From Sporosarcina sp. (GTDB lineage: Bacteria > Bacillota > Bacilli > Bacillales_A > Planococcaceae), in contig JAPFCR010000032.1 in assembly GCA_026169375.1 (NCBI GenBank), forward strand, positions 24,266-88,265: a stretch of DNA of 64,000 nucleotides. Reading direction: 5' to 3'. The notes beneath the pieces are model-generated. The model saw only the letters and a program-made list of their open reading frames with translations, had not been told where the DNA came from and did no database searches. How positions within the stretch are numbered: the stretch's first letter is position 1; the number at the start of each line of letters is the position of its first letter. The position numbers and the translations under genes were made by a program. Shown here piece after piece: positions 9,948 to 19,704 of this stretch.

Positions 9948-11051
9948 TTATCTAATTTTCGCGTATATGCATGTATTACGCAAATTCTTTCCATCCATTG
10001 TGATTGCATCTTGCTTTAAAATTCCTTCTAGTTCATATCCAGCCCGTTCTGCAACCATCCGACTTTTACTATTTTTTTCATCGCATCTAATTTCCACGCG
10101 ACGCGCATGAAGTGTCTGAAATGCAAAATCTGAAATGACTCGAACTGCCTCTGTCATATATCCTTTCCCTTCCATTTCACTACTCAGCCAATAACCGATT
10201 TCAAACTTTGGAATCGACCACTGAATATTGTGAAGACCTGAAGAGCCAATAAATTCTCCAGTATCTTTTAAAAACAAATGCAACCTTAAATCCCTTCGTG
10301 TAATAAAGTCTGCAACGGCTTCGCGTAAAGTTTCTTCAGTTTCTTCAAGTTGTGGCACTTCCTTTGCCCACGGCATCCACTCGGAAAGTGCTTCCTGAGA
10401 ATTACGAATTGCCGTCCAAACGTCTAAAGCGTCCTCTATTTTAGGTATACGAATCAATAATCGCTCAGACTCAAACTGATCAGGGAAATTAGGGATTTTT
10501 ACTTGTGTCTCTTTTTTGATTTCTTCTTCCCATATGACAGGGGTAATCACGCCATCCAAGTAATCTTCCCGTGTGATCCCATAAGTGACCGCATCGTAAT
10601 AAGCATCTTCCTTTGGTGAAAACCATGCCTTTCGTAGCTGCGCTTCTTTTACAAAACCAGCACGTTCAAAAGTTTTACGCATCGCTAAATTATCTTGACG
10701 CGTATGACCTTCCAAACGAATCTTCTTTTGTGAAAGACCAAACACATAATCTACGACGAGCTTCAATGCATCCGGGCCATATCCGGATCCCCGGTACAAA
10801 TCAGCGACTCTTAAATCAAACATCGGGATTTCATCATGTAAGTCATATAGCTTTACAATACCAACCTTTTCTTGTTTCTCATTTTTCACCCAAAATGTTT
10901 TCACTTCATCTGATTGGTAACCGCCGTCCTCGATTGTTTTTTCTATTAAATGGCGAGCGGGATTTGAATCCCCGTGATAAGGCCATGTATTTGTCATTAA
11001 AAAATGAATCAGTTGTTCTTGTTCTTCTATCGTCCATTCTTGTAATCGCAT
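9948..11051 (-). CDS. Tandem two-domain GNAT (RimJ/RimL-like) acetyltransferase
   Basis: Two GNAT domains: RGSGYG...NLAMRKTFERAGFVKEA and FEIGYWL...EGKGYMTEA...SRMVAERAGYELEG. Confidence 0.85.
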   Translation of the reverse strand: MRLQEWTIEEQEQLIHFLMTNTWPYHGDSNPARHLIEKTIEDGGYQSDEVKTFWVKNEKQEKVGIVKLYDLHDEIPMFDLRVADLYRGSGYGPDALKLVVDYVFGLSQKKIRLEGHTRQDNLAMRKTFERAGFVKEAQLRKAWFSPKEDAYYDAVTYGITREDYLDGVITPVIWEEEIKKETQVKIPNFPDQFESERLLIRIPKIEDALDVWTAIRNSQEALSEWMPWAKEVPQLEETEETLREAVADFITRRDLRLHLFLKDTGEFIGSSGLHNIQWSIPKFEIGYWLSSEMEGKGYMTEAVRVISDFAFQTLHARRVEIRCDEKNSKSRMVAERAGYELEGILKQDAITMDGKNLRNTCIYAKIR

Positions 11052-11347
11052 CGTGAAAATCCCCTCTTATTTTTTGACATGTGAAAGTCTCAATGTGTTA
11101 ATCCTATCCATAACATTATCCCAATCTTTTACAAACCATTACCGAATAAAGTTTCAATTAGCTAGTTAATAGTATCTGTAGTATAGGTGAATCAAATATT
11201 GAAAACAAGGATTATAAAGCATGGTTGCGAGCAATCCCCTGCATTAAATAGATTGTTCTTAATTATCTATCTAATATGTCGTATAATGATGCTAGTCTTT
11301 ATTTTTATCAAACTATATAAAATCGTTTACTAGGAAGGAATTGACTT

Positions 11348-12394
11348 ATGAAAAAAGGACATTGGAATGCAATTACAGACGTACCCGGTGTAAAGGTAGG
11401 GCATGTTACACTCGATGAGAAACTAGGCAATGGTAAAGTTGCTTGCACAGGAGTTACAGCTATTTTACCGCATGACGGAAATGTATTTGAACAAAAAGTA
11501 CCTGCGGCAAGCTTTGTTTTAAATGGTTTTGGGAAAACAGTCGGGCTTGTTCAAGTCGATGAACTTGGTGTCATTGAATCACCAGTAATGCTGACGAATA
11601 CATTTAGTGTAGCCCAAGTATTACAAGGTACACTTGCATACATGCTCGAGCAAAATCCAACGATTGGTGACTCGACAAGCTCATTAAATATCGTTGTCGG
11701 GGAATGTAATGACAGTTATTTAAATTCAATGAGAGCAATGCACATACAACCAACGCATGCGATTGAAGCGATTGAAAAAGCAGCAGATGGATCTATTGAA
11801 CAAGGGGCAGTTGGTGCTGGTAAAGGGATGATTTGTTATGAAGTGAAAGGCGGAATCGGTTCTTCTTCTCGAGTCGTGACTCATGAAAAGAATATTTTTA
11901 CAGTTGGTGTGCTGACATTGACGAACTTTGGAAAAGCAACCGAATGCAAAATAAATGAATGGCTGATGGAAAATGGTTTCGCGCAATATGAAGCAACTTT
12001 CCCTAAAAAAGAAGATGTTGAAAAACCAGATGGCTCTGTTATGATCGTTGTCGCAACGGATGCATCCGTCAATGAACGCCAATTAAAACGATTCGCTAAA
12101 CGTGCAGCCATTGGACTTGGCCGAACGGGAACTACGATACATAATGGAAGTGGAGATCTCATTATCGCCTTTTCAAATGGCTATACAATCCCACATTATT
12201 CAAAAAATAGTACTGAAACAAATACCATTTTACGTGATGATCATCCGATTATGAATGACTTATTCCAAGCAACAGTCGAAGCAACTGAAGAAGCTGTCTA
12301 TCAATCGCTTCTTCATGCAAAAACAACAAGAGGAAGAGAAAAACGAGTAATTGAGGAGTGCCTGCTCATCTCAAAAAACAGCGAGAACCTCTAG
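11348..12394 (+). CDS. P1/S58 (DmpA-like) aminopeptidase
   Basis: ITDVPGVKVGH, NGFGK, GAVGAGKG and DGS cleavage/nucleophile motifs. Confidence 0.9.
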   Translation: MKKGHWNAITDVPGVKVGHVTLDEKLGNGKVACTGVTAILPHDGNVFEQKVPAASFVLNGFGKTVGLVQVDELGVIESPVMLTNTFSVAQVLQGTLAYMLEQNPTIGDSTSSLNIVVGECNDSYLNSMRAMHIQPTHAIEAIEKAADGSIEQGAVGAGKGMICYEVKGGIGSSSRVVTHEKNIFTVGVLTLTNFGKATECKINEWLMENGFAQYEATFPKKEDVEKPDGSVMIVVATDASVNERQLKRFAKRAAIGLGRTGTTIHNGSGDLIIAFSNGYTIPHYSKNSTETNTILRDDHPIMNDLFQATVEATEEAVYQSLLHAKTTRGREKRVIEECLLISKNSENL

Positions 12395-12410
12395 GTTCTC
12401 GCTGTTTTTT
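12373..12410. terminator. Bidirectional intrinsic terminator
   Basis: AAAAAACAGCGAGAACCT...AGGTTCTCGCTGTTTTTT. Confidence 0.85.
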
Positions 12411-14768
12411 CTACTCAGTAACTAACTTTAATATGTGCCCATCTTCTATTTTCCCAACTAAAACAGACTCATAAAAATGCCCATCCACCCAATCATCGAC
12501 TGCACTATGATACCACTTTGATTTTATATGACCGCTCTGACTTGGCGCAACAATCTGGTGAGTTGAAGATAAATCTTCCAGATCAGCAACAAATCGCCAC
12601 GGCGCACCGTGGTTTACTGTTCCATCCTTTTTAAAAGCAGCCGCTTGCACTGTAATATTTGATCCACCAAGCTCTCGTTTTTCCGGCTCCAAAAACTTTT
12701 CAAAAATTGCAGATGCACTTGATAGTGGATGCGGAAAAGTCACTTGGTGATAGTCTCCCCAACGCCATTTACTTATATCTTCTCCAAAGGTTGCCATCGT
12801 ATTTTCAACTGATTGTTCAAAAGCATCGAAAACCCATTCATCAATTCCGCCGTATGCACTTACCCATTCTCCTGGATTTTTTGCATAGCCATCTCTAAGC
12901 ATCTGATCTGTAATCTGTCCTTTTCCAGGCATCATTGCATAGACATCCTTTGGTATTTCATCAGCAAACATGGTCGTTGGCAACTGTTTAATCCACTTAT
13001 GGAAAATTAACGGCGCTGCCTCGTCGACTTCGTCAAACTGGTTCCAATCCTCTAAAACAGTCATAAACGCTTCATATTTCCCCTCTGAATCTTTCACTTG
13101 AACTGAACGGATCATATTCGGTAAAAATTCCCGTGCATATAAGTTTTTCTGATCCATTTGTAATGCCATCATATCATCAGCGGTAAACGCATCGCCTGTT
13201 TCCAACACTTCCGCAATTCTTTCATATCGATAAGGTTGTGCCCAAAACTTCGTAATATGGTACGGGTATTCATCCCCAACAACTTCATTATTCGCCGTGG
13301 CAATAAACCCTTCTTTGGGATTCACAACGCGCGGAAGTTCGTCATAGGGAACATATCCTTCCCAACCATATTCAGAAGAATCTCCAGGTACGGGAAGTTG
13401 GCCATCCCCTTTTTTACGAAGTGGAATACGTCCATTCGCTTTATACGCTATCGTTCCGTCTTTTGAAGCAAACACAAAGCTTTGCGCAGGTGCATGGAAA
13501 TCTTCTAACCCTTTCTCAAAACCTTGCCAATCTGTTGCTTTGTTTATATTTAAAATTGCTTCTAACTCTTTTGTCGGCTCAAGTGCAGTCCATTGCATAG
13601 AAAACAGTGCATCTGGATCTTCCTCTTTATAAAGAATGTCTGAAACAATCGGTCCGTGACGCGTCACAACGACTTCAAACGGAATGTCTTCCCCGTCTTT
13701 CACATGAATCGTCTCATCTCTTACTTGGGCTTTCTCCCACTTCCCATCATACAAAAACTCTGCAGGATCATCTGGATTCGGTTGTTCAATATATAAATCT
13801 TGCACATCTGGACCTACATTCGTCACACCCCAAGCGATCTCTTCGTTATGCCCTAAAATAATGCCTGGCACTCCCGCAAAAATCACACCTCCAACATTTT
13901 GTTCAGGCGATTGTAAGTGCATCTGATACCAAATCGAAGGGGTATTTAACCCAAGATGTGGATCATCAGCTAGTAATGGGAAACCGCTTTTTGTTTTCTC
14001 CCCGGCAACTACCCAGTTGTTACTTCCATTGAATTCAGGCGGCAATAAACTAGCATCAAATCTTCCTGCAACTTGAACAGGCGTCTTTAAGTTTGCCTCA
14101 ATAATAGAAGGTGAATTATCAGGGTATTCAATAAATAATTCTTTTGCTTTTTCTTCTTCAAAATGATTTAGCGCCCAGTGTCTTACCGCAAGCGTATCCC
14201 AATGCCCACCTAAGTCATAAGCCATGAACTTTCCAATCGTCAGCGAATCTATCGCTGTCCACGGTTCGGGTGTATAGCCTAATAGTTTAAATTCATAAGG
14301 CAGTTTACTAGATGCGGTTGCTTCTTCAATAAACGCATTCACACCTTCAGAAAACAAATCAAGTACTTCTTTGGCTTCAGTCCCGTATCCCTCGTAAGAA
14401 TCTTCTGCGGCGGCTCGTAAACTAAACGTCCGGAAATGTTTATCCGTATCCACTGCAGCTTCTCCAACAACTTCTGCAAGCCGACCGCTCGCTTGCCTTC
14501 GCGACATATCCATTTGAAAAATTCGGTCCTGCGCTTGCACATATCCTTGTGCCCTATAAAGATCAGCATCCGATCCCGCATCGATATGCGGGATGCCGTA
14601 TTCATCACGCGTCACAATGACTTCCGCATCTAAAATGGGTACCTTCACCTCTCCTTCGATAACTGGCTTTGATTTTCCAATATACATATTCAAAAAGACG
14701 ACTGCACAAATGAGCAAAACGCCAAGTACACCGACTCCCCATAATAAACCTTTCACCCAACGATTCAT
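12411..14768 (-). CDS. Penicillin acylase family (S45 Ntn-hydrolase), N-terminal membrane anchor
   Basis: RDEYGIPHI, AQGYVQAQDR and beta-subunit start SNNWVV; DPHL motif. Confidence 0.92.
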   Translation of the reverse strand: MNRWVKGLLWGVGVLGVLLICAVVFLNMYIGKSKPVIEGEVKVPILDAEVIVTRDEYGIPHIDAGSDADLYRAQGYVQAQDRIFQMDMSRRQASGRLAEVVGEAAVDTDKHFRTFSLRAAAEDSYEGYGTEAKEVLDLFSEGVNAFIEEATASSKLPYEFKLLGYTPEPWTAIDSLTIGKFMAYDLGGHWDTLAVRHWALNHFEEEKAKELFIEYPDNSPSIIEANLKTPVQVAGRFDASLLPPEFNGSNNWVVAGEKTKSGFPLLADDPHLGLNTPSIWYQMHLQSPEQNVGGVIFAGVPGIILGHNEEIAWGVTNVGPDVQDLYIEQPNPDDPAEFLYDGKWEKAQVRDETIHVKDGEDIPFEVVVTRHGPIVSDILYKEEDPDALFSMQWTALEPTKELEAILNINKATDWQGFEKGLEDFHAPAQSFVFASKDGTIAYKANGRIPLRKKGDGQLPVPGDSSEYGWEGYVPYDELPRVVNPKEGFIATANNEVVGDEYPYHITKFWAQPYRYERIAEVLETGDAFTADDMMALQMDQKNLYAREFLPNMIRSVQVKDSEGKYEAFMTVLEDWNQFDEVDEAAPLIFHKWIKQLPTTMFADEIPKDVYAMMPGKGQITDQMLRDGYAKNPGEWVSAYGGIDEWVFDAFEQSVENTMATFGEDISKWRWGDYHQVTFPHPLSSASAIFEKFLEPEKRELGGSNITVQAAAFKKDGTVNHGAPWRFVADLEDLSSTHQIVAPSQSGHIKSKWYHSAVDDWVDGHFYESVLVGKIEDGHILKLVTE

Positions 14769-14839
14769 AAAACCCCTCCTATCATTCTCACTATTCTATC
14801 AACCTCTGTTAAATTCCTTTTTCATCTAAATTTCACGAT

Positions 14840-14875
14840 AAAAAAAGATGCAAACCAATTTTGATTTGCATCTTT
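14840..14875 (-). terminator. Intrinsic terminator downstream of hemH
   Basis: AAAGATGCAAA...TTTGCATCTTT with A-tract (U-tract on minus strand). Confidence 0.75.
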
Positions 14876-14902
14876 ACTATATGAAATAATACTGTTTTCA
14901 AT

Positions 14903-15835
14903 TTATAGTTGATTCAGGACAACCTTTGCTAATGTTTCGATAAATAACGGGTCTGTATTTGGCATTTTTGGACGGTAATAATTTGCGCCCACTTCATCAC
15001 AGACAACTTTACATTCATAATCATTGTCATACAACACTTCTAAATGATCGGAAACAAAGCCAACTGGTGTATAGACGAAGCTTTCATAGCCTTTTTCAGC
15101 ATGTAAATCACGTGTTAAATCTTGTACATCTGGACCTAACCACGGATCTGGTGTATTACCTTCACTTTGCCATCCAATCTCATATTGAGTAATGCCAGCT
15201 CCTTTAGCAATCAGCCTTGCCGTTTCAGCGAGTTGTTCAGGGTATGGGTCGTTGTCTTGTAAAATCTTTTCAGGAAGACTATGAGCCGATACGATTAAGA
15301 CAGCTTTTTTTCGCTCTTCTTCTGACATGGTTGCATAGGTTTCTTTAATATTATTAACCCAAAACTCAATGAATCCAGGGGCATCGTACCAATCTTCGAC
15401 TGAATAAAGTTTAATGCCGTATTGATCAGCGCTTTCTTTCGCTCGACTGTTATATCCTTTAATACTAAAAGTAGAATAATGCGGTGCTAACACTAATGTT
15501 ACTGCTTCTGTAATGCCCTTTTCATCCATTTCTGCAACCGCATCTTCGATAAATGGATGAATATGTCTTAAACCGATAAATAGTTCAAACTCATACGTGT
15601 CTTGCATGTCATTCAATTTCTCAGTAATGGCATTTGCTTGCTCTTCTGTAATACGCGCTAACGGGGAGATTCCACCAATTGCATTGTAGCGATCTTTAAG
15701 ATCTTGAAGCGCTTCTTCTGATGGTTTACGCCCGTGACGAATATGTGTGTAATACGGTTCAATATCCTCTTCTTTATACGGTGTTCCGTATGCCATTACT
15801 AGTAAGCCGATTTTTTTCTTATCCATCTTATCCAC
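14903..15835 (-). CDS. hemH: Coproporphyrin ferrochelatase (HemH/CpfC)
   Basis: MAYGTP, SAHSLP (catalytic His), WQSEG and [10 protein letters not shown] motifs. Confidence 0.95.
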   Translation of the reverse strand: MDKMDKKKIGLLVMAYGTPYKEEDIEPYYTHIRHGRKPSEEALQDLKDRYNAIGGISPLARITEEQANAITEKLNDMQDTYEFELFIGLRHIHPFIEDAVAEMDEKGITEAVTLVLAPHYSTFSIKGYNSRAKESADQYGIKLYSVEDWYDAPGFIEFWVNNIKETYATMSEEERKKAVLIVSAHSLPEKILQDNDPYPEQLAETARLIAKGAGITQYEIGWQSEGNTPDPWLGPDVQDLTRDLHAEKGYESFVYTPVGFVSDHLEVLYDNDYECKVVCDEVGANYYRPKMPNTDPLFIETLAKVVLNQL

Positions 15836-15898
15836 CTCATAATAGTCGTTTTATTATATTTCTAAGTGAATGTCCTGACCACTTGTATACCAATCTTT

Positions 15899-16708
15899 TT
15901 AATTACGCGGAACATCTTTTATTTTACTCTCTACTAAACCTGTCGCTGTAAATGTTGGAATCCCGTCTTCTTTAATGATATTTGCATGAACCGAAAATAC
16001 TTCTCGAAATAATGCTTCATTCATCACTTCGGTTGGGACCCCACTTTTCACAACTTCTCCGTCTTTCATCACGATTAAATAATCACTATATTTCGCCGCC
16101 TGGTTAATATCGTGTAACACCATCACAATTGTCATATCTAATTTCTCATTTAAATACCGGACTAATTCCATCACTTCTAGCTGATGGGAAATATCTAAAT
16201 AAGTTGTTGGTTCATCTAATAGTAAAATATCTGGAGACTGCACAACAGCCATCGCAATCCATGCTCGCTGACGCTCCCCACCCGATAACTGTTGAATAGG
16301 CTTATCTTCCAAATGCTTTAAATTCGTAATTGAAATTGCCCAATCGATTGTATTAAAATCTTCTGTTGTCAGTTTTTCATACCACTTTCGGTGTGGAAGA
16401 CGTCCATGTGAGATTAGTTCTCGGACAGTTAAATCCAAATCATTATTTTGTACTTGAGAAAGCATCGTCATTTTTTTAGCCAGTGCCTTAGCTTTCATCG
16501 CGGATACTGATTGATCGTTAATCACAACAATTCCTTGATCCGGTTTAATTAAATTGGTCAGTACTTTTAAAAATGTCGACTTCCCTGACCCATTCGGTCC
16601 GATAATACTCGTCACCTGCTGTGGTGGAAACTGTAAAGAAATCCCTTCCAATGAAAACGTTGGTGACTGTTTGTAAACAATATTTTCAGCTGTTAGTTTT
16701 TGTGTCAA
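15899..16708 (-). CDS. Iron-chelate/tetrapyrrole ABC transporter ATP-binding protein
   Basis: Walker A GPNGSGKST, LSGGERQRAW, DEPTTYLD. Confidence 0.92.
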   Translation of the reverse strand: MTQKLTAENIVYKQSPTFSLEGISLQFPPQQVTSIIGPNGSGKSTFLKVLTNLIKPDQGIVVINDQSVSAMKAKALAKKMTMLSQVQNNDLDLTVRELISHGRLPHRKWYEKLTTEDFNTIDWAISITNLKHLEDKPIQQLSGGERQRAWIAMAVVQSPDILLLDEPTTYLDISHQLEVMELVRYLNEKLDMTIVMVLHDINQAAKYSDYLIVMKDGEVVKSGVPTEVMNEALFREVFSVHANIIKEDGIPTFTATGLVESKIKDVPRN

Positions 16709-16724
16709 GATTGATCACCCTTGT

Positions 16725-17705
16725 TTACTCTTTTGCAATGCTTTCTAATTCTTCATGTAAATAATCTAAAGAGTCGATGATTCGAGATCCAGGGTTCGCA
16801 CCGAATAAGTCATTTGGCAAACCAATAAAATGATCTTCTTGTACTGCTTGTATATTTCCCCATGCAGGATTTTGTTCCATTTCTTTTGTAAATGCCGCAA
16901 CCGTTTCTTCATAAGGTCCAGCTGTAATAAAGAAAATGACTTCTGGATCCGCTTCAACAATTTTTTCCATATCTAATTGTGCGTATTGCGGAAACCTTTC
17001 TAGTTTCTCATAGTCTTCTGCGATATTATAACCACCTACTGCATCCAGCATATTTCCTGATAGCGAGTCAGGTAGTGCCACCATCCAGTTTCCTGCAGAA
17101 CCAAAAATAATTAATGTTCTTAGTTTGTCTGCTTCATCTTGGTTAGCTTGGTCTGACGCTTCTTCAATATTTTTTATAAGTTCAGCTGCGTTCTCTTCCT
17201 TTTGTACAAGTTTACCAAGAATTTCAATGGACTCTTTCACTTCATCAATCGAATTGGCACCCATTTGTACTACGCCTATTCCTAACTCCTCTAATGCTGG
17301 AATTACATCCTTATTTAACTGTGGGTGTGCAATCACAACATCTGGTCGTAAACTAGCAATTTTTTCGACATTTACATCGTTCGACGTTCCTACTTCGGGG
17401 ATTTCTTCGATTTCTTCACGCATATTCCCCCGAATCACTGGCCTACCTACAGCCGTTTCACCTAAATCATAAAGTGTATTTAAATCTCCAGCTGTTAATG
17501 AGACAATTCGTTCCGGAGCAGCTTCTAATTCCACTTTATTTCCTTGTAAATCTGTCAGTGAAATCCCGCTATTTTCTTCACTTTCTGATTGCGTTTCATT
17601 TTGATCTGTTTCTTTGTTTTCTTTATTTGCATTGTCATTTCCACAAGCCGCTACGATTAAAAGCAAACTTAACATGAGTAACGTCAATGATAATTTCTTT
17701 TTCAA
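16725..17705 (-). CDS. Class III substrate-binding lipoprotein (IsdE/BtuF-like fold)
   Basis: Lipobox VAAC; PERIVSL, NVEKIASLRPDVVI and MEKIVEADPEVI repeats; C-terminal layout resembles IsdE. Confidence 0.85.
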   Translation of the reverse strand: MKKKLSLTLLMLSLLLIVAACGNDNANKENKETDQNETQSESEENSGISLTDLQGNKVELEAAPERIVSLTAGDLNTLYDLGETAVGRPVIRGNMREEIEEIPEVGTSNDVNVEKIASLRPDVVIAHPQLNKDVIPALEELGIGVVQMGANSIDEVKESIEILGKLVQKEENAAELIKNIEEASDQANQDEADKLRTLIIFGSAGNWMVALPDSLSGNMLDAVGGYNIAEDYEKLERFPQYAQLDMEKIVEADPEVIFFITAGPYEETVAAFTKEMEQNPAWGNIQAVQEDHFIGLPNDLFGANPGSRIIDSLDYLHEELESIAKE

Positions 17706-17722
17706 TTTTCTTTCCTCCCAAA

Positions 17723-18781
17723 TTACATTACTTTTCCTTTTCGTAATAAATATAAAAAGAATGGCGCACCTAATACCGCTAACAAAACACCGACTGGCAA
17801 TTCAATTGGCTCAAACCAACTTCTCGCTGCTGTATCCGCAAATATCACTAAAGCGCCGCCTAATAGAGCAGATGTAGGCAATAAATATTTATAATCATTC
17901 CCAATCAAAAGTCGAACCATATGCGGTACAACTAACCCTACAAACCCTAATAAACCGGCCACACTCACCGCAGCACCTGCTAAGAACGTACTTAACAACA
18001 GTAATAATAAACGATGCTTTTCTACATTATACCCGAGCAACTTTGCTACATCGTCGCCTAAGCGAAGAATATTCACAGACCGCGATGCAAAAAGGGATAA
18101 AACAAGTCCAATCACTGCATAAGGAAGAATGATTTTTAAATGTGGCCAACTTTTCCCACTAAGACCGCCCATTAACCAAGACAAAACAGTTTGTACTTTA
18201 TCGCTATATACAATCATAACGCCAGACGTAATGGCGCCTAAAAATGTATTAATGGCTACCCCCGCAAGTATTAACCGTAAAGGTGCCACACCACCATTCC
18301 ACGCCAATCCATAGACAAGAGCTGCTGCTATAAAAGCACCGATGAATGCACCGATTGGAACAAGCCCAGTATAAGCAGGAAAGATAAGCATTGTAGAAAC
18401 AGCGACTAATCCTGCACCAGAAGAAACTCCGATAATCCCTGGATCTGCTAATGGATTACGCATGATTCCTTGTAAGATTCCGCCAGAAACCGCAAGACAC
18501 ATTCCTACTAACAGACCTGTCAATAGTCGTGGTAAGCGTAAATTCCAAACAATTTGGTGCTCTATCGTCCCTTCTTCTCCAAAAATGCCATTAAGTACTT
18601 CACTCACAGTGAGCGTGACAGATCCCGTTGCAAGTCCATAAATGAGCGATATAATCACTAGCAAAAAGCAACCGACTAAAAGGAATATTCTATTTCTTCC
18701 AACCGAATCACTTTTAGCGTCTTCACCTTTTGCATGTTCATCGATCAGATCCACCTCATTCTTTTTGTCAAACGTTTTCAT
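17723..18781 (-). CDS. FecCD-family ABC permease
   Basis: LRLPR, RNPLADPGIIG and GFVGLVVPH motifs; likely start MKTF behind GGAGG (track start 18796). Confidence 0.92.
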   Translation of the reverse strand: MKTFDKKNEVDLIDEHAKGEDAKSDSVGRNRIFLLVGCFLLVIISLIYGLATGSVTLTVSEVLNGIFGEEGTIEHQIVWNLRLPRLLTGLLVGMCLAVSGGILQGIMRNPLADPGIIGVSSGAGLVAVSTMLIFPAYTGLVPIGAFIGAFIAAALVYGLAWNGGVAPLRLILAGVAINTFLGAITSGVMIVYSDKVQTVLSWLMGGLSGKSWPHLKIILPYAVIGLVLSLFASRSVNILRLGDDVAKLLGYNVEKHRLLLLLLSTFLAGAAVSVAGLLGFVGLVVPHMVRLLIGNDYKYLLPTSALLGGALVIFADTAARSWFEPIELPVGVLLAVLGAPFFLYLLRKGKVM

Positions 18782-18957
18782 ACATATATCCTCCACCCAA
18801 AACTTCTTCCCTTTTCATCAGAAGGAGCTTTGGTATTACTACTGACTTCTTATCATACTTTGTACTCATTCAATAATCCTATTCTTTAGAATCCTCTAAT
18901 CAGCGCATTTTTTCCTTCTCTATACAAAATCCTTACGCCTACGATTGCTTGAATTTT

Positions 18958-19704
18958 TCATTCATTCTCAAAAAATGATTCAAGCGCTTCTTTTGATAAA
19001 TAATGCCCAACGTAAAACGGACCATAATCCGTGTACTTAGCATGCACCTCATCAAACCGACTATCAGACAGCAGTTTTTTAAATTGCATTGGATCATCAC
19101 AAAATAAAGAGACGCCCCATTCATAGTCATCAAAGCCAATCGATCCGGTGACTATTCTCTTCACATCTTTTGAGTAAGGTTTGACGGTGTCAATATGATC
19201 ATACATTATACGTCCACGTTCTGCCTTAGAGAGAGCATACCAGTTATTCACTTCTCCTCTTTGCTTACGCATCGGATAAAAACATATATGCGCCTCTTTT
19301 GGAATTTCCGGATACAACTTTGCACGCATCACTGGGTCTTCATAAGGATTTGTCTCAAGTTTCGTATATGTACTTTTTTCAATGACTGATACATATGAAT
19401 AGGCTGGTTTCGTAAAATGCGCAAGCGCAGTTTTATTCCAAGCTGTTTCTAACTGATTTAACTCTTTCATTGTTGGGCGTAAAAACATCATAAGAAAATC
19501 TGCTTTCTGGCCAAGTATCGAATAAATCGCATGACTTCCTTCTTCACGATCTTCAGTCCTTTGCCAACCGTCAATCATATCATAAAGTTCTTTAAGCGCT
19601 GCCAAACGATGATCTTCTGAAGCACATGCCCACTTTTCCCAATCAAAAGTACGAAAATCATGTAAAGCGTACCACCCGTCGAACGTTTCTACTTTTCCTG
19701 ACAT
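18958..19704 (-). CDS. ChdC/HemQ-like heme protein, divergent paralog with distal Arg (Cld/ChdC/DyP superfamily)
   Basis: DGWYALHDFR, GQKADF, CFYPM, NNWY and GFDDYEWGV motifs; Tyr143, Lys147, His170 present; Arg183 where ChdC has Gln. Confidence 0.85.
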   Translation of the reverse strand: MSGKVETFDGWYALHDFRTFDWEKWACASEDHRLAALKELYDMIDGWQRTEDREEGSHAIYSILGQKADFLMMFLRPTMKELNQLETAWNKTALAHFTKPAYSYVSVIEKSTYTKLETNPYEDPVMRAKLYPEIPKEAHICFYPMRKQRGEVNNWYALSKAERGRIMYDHIDTVKPYSKDVKRIVTGSIGFDDYEWGVSLFCDDPMQFKKLLSDSRFDEVHAKYTDYGPFYVGHYLSKEALESFFENE

